64,000 nt of DNA from contig JAVCCR010000017.1 in the NCBI GenBank assembly GCA_030765485.1, positions 10,298 to 74,297 of the forward strand, written 5' to 3'. This DNA comes from Candidatus Gygaella obscura (lineage in GTDB: Bacteria; Omnitrophota; Gorgyraeia; Gygaellales; Gygaellaceae). Position numbers and translations under genes: made by a program. The notes under the pieces were generated by a model. That model searched no databases. It worked only from the letters and a program-made list of their open reading frames with translations, and was not told the DNA's origin. Each line of letters starts with the position of its first letter. The stretch's first letter is position 1. Positions 57,377 to 64,000 of this stretch are shown piece by piece.

Positions 57377-57405
57377 TTTATATCATATTTTTACCATAAT
57401 GTCAA
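57377..57405 (-). promoter_or_regulatory. Sigma70 promoter of rplM-rpsI
   Basis: TTGACA-17 nt-TATAAA preceded by TGA; -10 ends 9 nt before the ATG. Confidence 0.65.
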
Positions 57406-58919
57406 TTATTTTTTATGAATATATTATCCATAACCAACAAACCAACAATAAGAACCAATACGCCAAAAACAAGTAAATTAGGCATAACGCTTTTATTAAC
57501 AACTACTTGAGACTTAGCTTCTGGATTATTATATATATAAACAAGCTCTGTTTCTGCAATCTTTTCTAAGCTATATTTTTTTATAACTTTCTTCAATTCT
57601 TGCGGAAAGCCTGCTTCAAGCTCTTTAAGCCATATAATCAGCTTAGCGTGTTTAATCTGGTCAAAATCCTTTAACGGCCTTACCTCCTGAAGCATTCCAG
57701 AAGAAGTTGCGCGCTCTGAGAACGTCGAAAACAAACCCGCGATGTAACTAAAATTTGAATATATGATATCAGAATCGTCAGAATTTTCTTTTACAATCTC
57801 TATAATCGGATCAATAAATTTAGCGCTGTAAATCGGCCTTGCATTATGCTGAACAGAGCTTTTAATCTCAGGCAGCATACTGACAAATAATGAATTTATC
57901 CCCTTAAAAGAAACACTATCCTTACGCACGTTAACTCCCGGAAGAACAAAATAAAATAAACTAAAAATTATCAAGACAATCCAGCCTCTTTCTTTTAAAA
58001 GTCTAAAACATTTATCCAAACCAAAAGCAGCGATTAAAACAATTGCTATCAGGCCCTGACCAGACAAAAACCTCTGAGGATAAATAAACGTTAAAGGTAT
58101 AAAACCCAAAAGAACTGCCAAGTAGATTTTATTATACTGTTTAATCCTAGACATATAAACGATATAGCCGAAAACTGCAAACAGATAAACGAGAATATTA
58201 AACTCCAGATAATGCATTGCCTTCACATTAACAAAATGGAAATAATTTCTATTGATAACTTGATGAATTATAAACGGCAGATATCCAATAATGCAAAAAA
58301 CAGCTGATTTTATTCCAAAACGAAACCTTTTATCCAGCAGGCTAAAACAAATAACCGTAAAAACTATAAGCCAACCTGATATAGCATGGCTATACAAAGA
58401 AAGCAGTAAAAATAAAAACGTACTCAAAAACCTTTTCTTATGCATAAAAAATAATGCCCAAATACCAAAACATAAACCAAGCGAAAAAGCCAAAACATTA
58501 CATGTCTCAAGATAAAAATAATAACTAGAGGAAAGCATCAAAAGAACAAAAAACGCTATTCTTTTGGTTAATATTTTTCGCACAAAATACCAAACAGAAA
58601 ACAGCAATATCGGATAGATAAAAGCACTGAAAAAACGCGCAATAAAAAGCTTTGAAAAACCAAGCTTATAAAAAATAAGCATAAGAAAATGTAATAACGG
58701 CGGGTAAACATGGGCTCTGCCCACAGGGGCAAACTCCCAAAACGCATGAGTAACATAACCTCCAGCTTTGGAAAAGCCTAACATAACATTTAAATGATAA
58801 TATATATCAATAAACATCGGGAATATCGGCCAACGGATGAGCTGAAACACTAAAGCCCAAATGATAATCAATGAAGCATACAAATCCCAGGATTGACTGT
58901 CTTCTTTAATTTTTCGCAT
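57402..58919 (-). CDS. Polytopic membrane protein, GT-C-fold-like
   Basis: DIYYH after TM1, APVGRAHVYPPLLH loop, 11-12 TMs, soluble domain and C-terminal anchor. Confidence 0.6.
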   Translation of the reverse strand: MRKIKEDSQSWDLYASLIIIWALVFQLIRWPIFPMFIDIYYHLNVMLGFSKAGGYVTHAFWEFAPVGRAHVYPPLLHFLMLIFYKLGFSKLFIARFFSAFIYPILLFSVWYFVRKILTKRIAFFVLLMLSSSYYFYLETCNVLAFSLGLCFGIWALFFMHKKRFLSTFLFLLLSLYSHAISGWLIVFTVICFSLLDKRFRFGIKSAVFCIIGYLPFIIHQVINRNYFHFVNVKAMHYLEFNILVYLFAVFGYIVYMSRIKQYNKIYLAVLLGFIPLTFIYPQRFLSGQGLIAIVLIAAFGLDKCFRLLKERGWIVLIIFSLFYFVLPGVNVRKDSVSFKGINSLFVSMLPEIKSSVQHNARPIYSAKFIDPIIEIVKENSDDSDIIYSNFSYIAGLFSTFSERATSSGMLQEVRPLKDFDQIKHAKLIIWLKELEAGFPQELKKVIKKYSLEKIAETELVYIYNNPEAKSQVVVNKSVMPNLLVFGVLVLIVGLLVMDNIFIKNN

Positions 58920-59670
58920 AATTTACCTTATAAAGCATTAAACCTTTTGCAGGTGCGGTTGGACCGGCTAGATTTCGATTTTTTTTCCTTAATAACATCT
59001 TAACAATACCTTTTTCAAAACGTCCTCTTCCTGCCTCAATTAACGTGCCTACAATGTTACGCACCATATTATAAACGAATCCGTCGGCAATTACATCAAC
59101 AATAATAAAATCCTTATTCTTTTTTACTGTAATTTTTTTTATCGTACGCGTTGCATCCTTTTTTACCTTATCACTCGCCTGAAAACAACTGAAATCATGC
59201 CTACCGTGTAAGTCTTTTGCTTCCTTTTTCATTATTGAAACATCTAAGCAATAAGGATAAAAATAAACATAATTTCTCAAAAAAGGTTCGCAGTAGCTTT
59301 TATTTAATATCCTGTAACGGTAATGCTTATCGACACAATCAAACCTTGCATGGAAATCAACCTTAGCTAAACTAGCGCTTTTAACAACAATATCAGAAGG
59401 CAAAAGCCCATTTAAGGCATTTTTTAATTTTCTCAAGCTGATTTTATTCTTTGTCTTAAAATTAGCTGCCTGGGCGTTTGCATGTACACCGGAATCGGTC
59501 CTTCCGGAAGCAATTAAAGTTACTTTATGCTGCAAAAGCTTAAACAAAACTACTTCAATAGCATTTTGAATTGTTTTTATTTTAAATGAGGATTTTTTAT
59601 TACTAGGCTGGCTCTGCCATCCGGCATAATTAGTACCGTCGTAAGCAATGATCAGCTTGATATTACGCAT
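58906..59670 (-). CDS. truA: tRNA pseudouridine(38-40) synthase
   Basis: YDGTNYAGWQ, GRTDSGVHA, FHARF, MVRNIVG, TAPAKGL. Confidence 0.97.
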   Translation of the reverse strand: MRNIKLIIAYDGTNYAGWQSQPSNKKSSFKIKTIQNAIEVVLFKLLQHKVTLIASGRTDSGVHANAQAANFKTKNKISLRKLKNALNGLLPSDIVVKSASLAKVDFHARFDCVDKHYRYRILNKSYCEPFLRNYVYFYPYCLDVSIMKKEAKDLHGRHDFSCFQASDKVKKDATRTIKKITVKKNKDFIIVDVIADGFVYNMVRNIVGTLIEAGRGRFEKGIVKMLLRKKNRNLAGPTAPAKGLMLYKVNYAKN

Positions 59671-60638
59671 TCGGCTATCTGAATTGCATTGGTTGCCGCA
59701 CCCTTACGCAAATTATCAGCAACAACCCAAAGCCAAAGACCGTTTTCTACAAACGGGTCTTTTCTGATACGACCGACAAACACATCGTCTTTACCTTGAC
59801 AATCAACAGGAACAGGAAAATCCCTTTCTGCCATATTGATAAAACTAATACCTTTACTGTTAGACAGTATATTTTTAACTTCTTCACAGGATATATTTTT
59901 CTTGGTTTCAATGTAAACTGCCTCGCTATGACCGATTATTACAGGCACCCTTACACAGGTTGCAGAAATCAAGATACTATCATCATGAAGTATCTTTTGG
60001 GTCTCTTTTACCATCTTCCACTCTTCAGAGGTATATCCTGCATCAGCGAACCCACCGATTACAGGAATGACATTTCTGGCTATATTGGATACAAATACTT
60101 TTTCTTTTAACTCTTCATTTTTTAATTCACTCTCAAGTTGTCTGACCCCGCCTCTGCCAGCACCGGAGACAGCCTGATAGCTACTGACTACAATTCTTTT
60201 TATGCCTGCTGCTTTATATATAGGAGCTAAAGCAACAACCATCTGTATGGTTGAGCAATTTGGATTTGAGATTATCCCTTTATGATTCTTAACGTCTTCT
60301 GGATTAACTTCTGGAATAACCAAAGGTACATCGGGTTTCATTCTAAAATCAGCACCATTATCAATTACAACCGCACCTTCTGCTACTGCATTGGGAGCAA
60401 AGGTCACTGCAGCCCCCTTTTCGCCTTCGGTACCGGCAAAAAGAGCAATATTGATACCTTTGAAAGAATCCTTGGAAATTGACTCTACCTGATAACTCTT
60501 TTCATCAACTTTGATCTCACGAGCACTTCTTGCTAAAACACGTAAACTCTCCATAGGAAACTTACGTTCATCTAGAACACGAAGCATCTCCTCACCAACT
60601 GCACCAACACCCACTACGGCAACGTTTATTTTACTCAT
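59652..60638 (-). CDS. asd: Aspartate-semialdehyde dehydrogenase
   Basis: PEVN, NPNCSTIQ, YQAVSGAG, CVRVPV..GHS, DNLRKGAA. Confidence 0.97.
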   Translation of the reverse strand: MSKINVAVVGVGAVGEEMLRVLDERKFPMESLRVLARSAREIKVDEKSYQVESISKDSFKGINIALFAGTEGEKGAAVTFAPNAVAEGAVVIDNGADFRMKPDVPLVIPEVNPEDVKNHKGIISNPNCSTIQMVVALAPIYKAAGIKRIVVSSYQAVSGAGRGGVRQLESELKNEELKEKVFVSNIARNVIPVIGGFADAGYTSEEWKMVKETQKILHDDSILISATCVRVPVIIGHSEAVYIETKKNISCEEVKNILSNSKGISFINMAERDFPVPVDCQGKDDVFVGRIRKDPFVENGLWLWVVADNLRKGAATNAIQIAECVISS

Positions 60639-61684
60639 AAGTTCCTCGCTACCAAATCTCCTACCTCTTTAGTAGAATAACCCATTTTACCAGCACCTAA
60701 AGTCTTTAAATTCTCCTTCACTACTTTTATCACTGCATTTTCTACTGAACTAGCTGCTTCTTTTTCACCAAGCTGTTCCAACATCATCGCCATCGCGCAA
60801 ATTGCAGCCAAAGGATTTATCACATTTTTACCAGTGTATTTGGGAGCGCTTCCTCCAATAGGTTCAAACATAGAAACCCCTTTTGGGTTAATATTACCAC
60901 CAGCGGCAATTCCCATACCGCCTTGAATCATCGCGCCTAAATCAGTAATAATATCCCCGAACATATTATCAGTTACAATTACATCAAACCACTCCGGATT
61001 CTTAACAAACCACATAGTGGTAGCATCAACATGCGCATATTCTGTTTTTATATCCGGATATTGTTGTGCAACTTCATTAAAAGTCCTCTCCCATAAATCC
61101 CAGGCATATGTTAAAACATTGGTCTTACCGCAAAGAATAAGAGTTTTTCTTTTATTTCTTGCGCGGCAGTAATCAAATGCATAACGAATACAGCGCTCAA
61201 CACCCTTTCGCGTATTATAAGAAACCTGTAGAGCCACTTCATCTTTAGTACCTTTATCTTTAAATTCACCCATGCTTTTATAAAGCCCTTCGGAATTTTC
61301 TCTTACAACCACAAAATCAACATCCTTAGTAGTCTTGTCCTTTATCGGACAAAACCTCTGATCATAAAGTTTCACTGGACGCAAATTTATATACTGATCC
61401 AATGAAAACCTTAATTTTAATAAAATACCGGTCTCGAGTATCCCAGGCTTTACATCAGGATGTCCGATTGCACCTAGATAAATCGCTGAGAATTGCTTTA
61501 GCTGTTCGATATCTGCATCTTCCAAGGTCTTTTGCGTCTTTAAAAACCTTTCTCCGCCAAAATCAAATGTCTTGGTTTCAAACTGAAAGTTAAATTTCTC
61601 GCTTGCTGTTTTTAATACCTTTAGACCTTCAGCCACTACTTCAGGGCCTGTACCGTCACCAGGAATAACTGCTATCTTATACAT
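60635..61684 (-). CDS. leuB: 3-isopropylmalate dehydrogenase
   Basis: [40 protein letters not shown]; follows leuCD. Confidence 0.9.
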   Translation of the reverse strand: MYKIAVIPGDGTGPEVVAEGLKVLKTASEKFNFQFETKTFDFGGERFLKTQKTLEDADIEQLKQFSAIYLGAIGHPDVKPGILETGILLKLRFSLDQYINLRPVKLYDQRFCPIKDKTTKDVDFVVVRENSEGLYKSMGEFKDKGTKDEVALQVSYNTRKGVERCIRYAFDYCRARNKRKTLILCGKTNVLTYAWDLWERTFNEVAQQYPDIKTEYAHVDATTMWFVKNPEWFDVIVTDNMFGDIITDLGAMIQGGMGIAAGGNINPKGVSMFEPIGGSAPKYTGKNVINPLAAICAMAMMLEQLGEKEAASSVENAVIKVVKENLKTLGAGKMGYSTKEVGDLVARNL

Positions 61685-61685
61685 T

Positions 61686-62183
61686 TTACGCCTTTCTTAA
61701 AATTGCCTTCTTGATCCAATTCATCAAACCGCCTTTATCAATAATCGCCTGCATAAACTTTGGAAATTTTTGAGAACAATAAATCTTCTTAGTTGTTAAA
61801 TTCCTTATTTGCCCCTTTAATAAATCAATCTCTAATATGTCTTTTTCTTTTAACTCATTCGCCTGAACTAATTCTAATATAGGAAGACCGATATTGATAG
61901 AATTACGATAAAATATCCTGGCAAAACTCTTAGCAATCACACACGATACCCCTGAACCTTTAATCGCAATCGGAGCATGCTCACGAGATGAACCGCAGCC
62001 GAAATTCTTACCGGCAACAATAATATCACCAATGTTCATATTCTTAACAAAATCCTTATCAGTATCTTCCATACAATGTCTACCCAGCTCAACAGCATCA
62101 ATAGTATTTAAATAACGCGCCGGGATTATCTCATCCGTATTAATATTATTGCCGAATTTATGCACTTTTCCCTTAAGAACCAT
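61686..62183 (-). CDS. leuD: 3-isopropylmalate dehydratase small subunit
   Basis: [31 protein letters not shown]. Confidence 0.94.
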   Translation of the reverse strand: MVLKGKVHKFGNNINTDEIIPARYLNTIDAVELGRHCMEDTDKDFVKNMNIGDIIVAGKNFGCGSSREHAPIAIKGSGVSCVIAKSFARIFYRNSINIGLPILELVQANELKEKDILEIDLLKGQIRNLTTKKIYCSQKFPKFMQAIIDKGGLMNWIKKAILRKA

Positions 62184-62186
62184 AAT

Positions 62187-63473
62187 CTAAATAACCTCCT
62201 CAGGATGCGCGATTGTTCCCTTCACACTGGAAGCTGCAGCAACTGCCGGATTGGACAAATAAACCTCACTTTTAGGATGACCCATTCTTCCTACAAAATT
62301 CCTGTTTGTAGTAGCGATTGCGCGTTCGCCTTCTGCTAAAATTCCCAGATGGCCGCCTAGACAAGGACCACAACTGGGTGTAGTAACAACAGCGCCGCTT
62401 TTTACAAAAATCTCTATCAGGCCTTCTTTTATCGCTTCTAGATATACCTTCTGCGTTGCCGGAAGAACAATAAGGCGAACGTCTTTATGTTTCATCTTTC
62501 CTTTTAAAACCTTAGCTGCCAACCTTAAATCGCTAATACGTCCATTAGTACAAGAACCAATAACAACCTGATCTATTTTTACTCCTTTAAATTTACTCAC
62601 CGGCCCTGCATTACTAGGTAAATGCGGAGCTGAAACCTGAGGTTCTATTTTATTAACATCGTATTTTTTTACCTTTACATAGATTGCATCTTTATCACTT
62701 TTTAAAGCTTGCCAGGAATCCATTTGTTTTTTAGTAAACTTTTTTCCAGTGGTTTTTTCTACATAATCAAAAGTTATTTTATCAGGTGCAATAATACCAG
62801 ACTTACCTCCTGCTTCAATTGCCATATTGCACATTGTAAGCCTTGCATCCATATCTAAATCTTCAATTACGTTTCCTGAAAATTCCATTGCTTTATATAA
62901 AGCTCCATCAACCCCGATATCACCAATGGTATAAAGAATTAAATCCTTACCCGATACCCATTTGTTTAGTTTTCCTTGGTAAATAAATTTTATCGATTCA
63001 GGAACCCTTAACCAGACCTTACCTGTAATCCAACTAGCTGCTAAATCAGTTGAACCAACACCTGTTGAAAAAGCTCCTATTGCCCCATAGGTACAGGTAT
63101 GTGAATCTGCTCCGATTGCCAGAAGACCCGGTCGAATAAGCCCTTTTTCCGGCAAAAGTGCATGCTCAACACCCATACAGCCAAGCTCAAAATAATTATC
63201 TATTTTAAATCTACGGGCAAAATCCTTCAAACTTCTTGCCTGATTGGCACTTTTTAAATCCTTAGCCGGAACAAAATGATCAGGCACTAATACAATTTTT
63301 TTCTTATCGAATACTTTCTTTAACTTCAGCTTATTAAACTGCTGGATTGCTAAAGGAGCGGTTATGTCATTGCCTAAACTCAAATCAACATCTGCCCAGA
63401 TAAATTCACCCGGCTTGATTGACTTATCAGCGCTATGAGAAAGTATAATTTTTTCAGTTATTGTGTAACCCAT
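62187..63473 (-). CDS. leuC: 3-isopropylmalate dehydratase large subunit
   Basis: Start revised to MGYTITEKI (ATG 63473); DSHTCTYG, IGSCTNGR, CGPCLG, NRNFVGRMG. Confidence 0.95.
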   Translation of the reverse strand: MGYTITEKIILSHSADKSIKPGEFIWADVDLSLGNDITAPLAIQQFNKLKLKKVFDKKKIVLVPDHFVPAKDLKSANQARSLKDFARRFKIDNYFELGCMGVEHALLPEKGLIRPGLLAIGADSHTCTYGAIGAFSTGVGSTDLAASWITGKVWLRVPESIKFIYQGKLNKWVSGKDLILYTIGDIGVDGALYKAMEFSGNVIEDLDMDARLTMCNMAIEAGGKSGIIAPDKITFDYVEKTTGKKFTKKQMDSWQALKSDKDAIYVKVKKYDVNKIEPQVSAPHLPSNAGPVSKFKGVKIDQVVIGSCTNGRISDLRLAAKVLKGKMKHKDVRLIVLPATQKVYLEAIKEGLIEIFVKSGAVVTTPSCGPCLGGHLGILAEGERAIATTNRNFVGRMGHPKSEVYLSNPAVAAASSVKGTIAHPEEVI

Positions 63474-63489
63474 CTTAATATAGTTTAAA

Positions 63490-64000
63490 TTATCCCTGGA
63501 ATTTCTTAATAACCAAACTGGCGTTATGTCCGCCAAAACCTAAAGAATTCGACAAGACAGCGTCAAGATTGGCTGCTCTTGCTTTATTGGGAACATAATC
63601 AAGATCACACAGGGGATCAGGAAATTCATAATTGATTGTAGGAGGGATAATACTGTTAGTAATCGCCAGGCAACATGCAATAAATTCAACCGCACCTGCG
63701 GCTCCCAAGAGATGGCCAGTCATGGATTTAATTGAACTTACGGCAAGCTTTTTAGCATACTCATTAAAAACTTTTTTTATCGCAAGAGTCTCAATCTTAT
63801 CATTTAATAAAGTCGATGTGCCATGGGCATTAACGTAGGGGATATCTTCTGGTTTTAAGCCTGCATCTTTAATTGCTGCGGCCATTGACCTGGCTGCACC
63901 GTCACCTTCCGGATCTGGAGCTGTCGAATGATACGCATCTGAACTCATACCAAAACCTGATGCCTCAGCGTAAATCTTTGCACCACGTCTTTTAGCATGC
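63490..64000 (-). CDS. fabF: Beta-ketoacyl-ACP synthase II, C-terminal part (begins outside window)
   Basis: [45 protein letters not shown]. Confidence 0.95.
   Translation of the reverse strand, partial: HAKRRGAKIYAEASGFGMSSDAYHSTAPDPEGDGAARSMAAAIKDAGLKPEDIPYVNAHGTSTLLNDKIETLAIKKVFNEYAKKLAVSSIKSMTGHLLGAAGAVEFIACCLAITNSIIPPTINYEFPDPLCDLDYVPNKARAANLDAVLSNSLGFGGHNASLVIKKFQG

Noticed and set aside
63474-63536. N-terminal extension of leuC overlapping fabF
   Set aside because: LeuC-like sequence starts at MGYTITEKI; the extension is just open frame

Overview
An AT-rich bacterial chromosomal segment in which all credible genes (about 65 CDS, 3 tRNAs, RNase P RNA) lie on the minus strand; the + strand ORFs in the track are antisense shadows. 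Gene style and content suggest a diderm organism, possibly Candidatus Omnitrophota (inference only). In transcription order (right to left): fabF (partial), leuCDB, asd, truA, a GT-C-like membrane protein, rplM-rpsI, argCJBDFGH, an orphan secreted protein, lysA-dapF-dapA-dapB-dapL, a degenerate REC-GGDEF protein, folK-panC-nadX, a tiny Lys-rich tandem-repeat protein, a 9-gene glycan-modification cluster, uvrA, TPR-ExbB-ExbD, a type IV pilus locus, tRNA-Ala(CGC), an AmmeMemoRadiSam operon, rsmE-mtaB, cvpA-nif3-dnaG-rpoD, an SDR, tRNA-Ile2/tRNA-Val, a zinc-ribbon protein, rnhA, rnpB and yebC (partial). Best leads: (1) a BldC/Xis-like HTH_17 gene heading the pilus operon, with five phased 10-bp direct repeats just upstream of its own -35; (2) an AmmeMemoRadiSam system whose radical SAM and Memo-AMMECR1 proteins both carry signal-peptide-like N-termini, coupled to a DsbD-like membrane protein; (3) an 81-aa basic duplicated-domain protein with strong expression signals; (4) an adhesin-like orphan whose frame continues past an amber codon. 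All calls come from reading motifs by eye; no searches were run.
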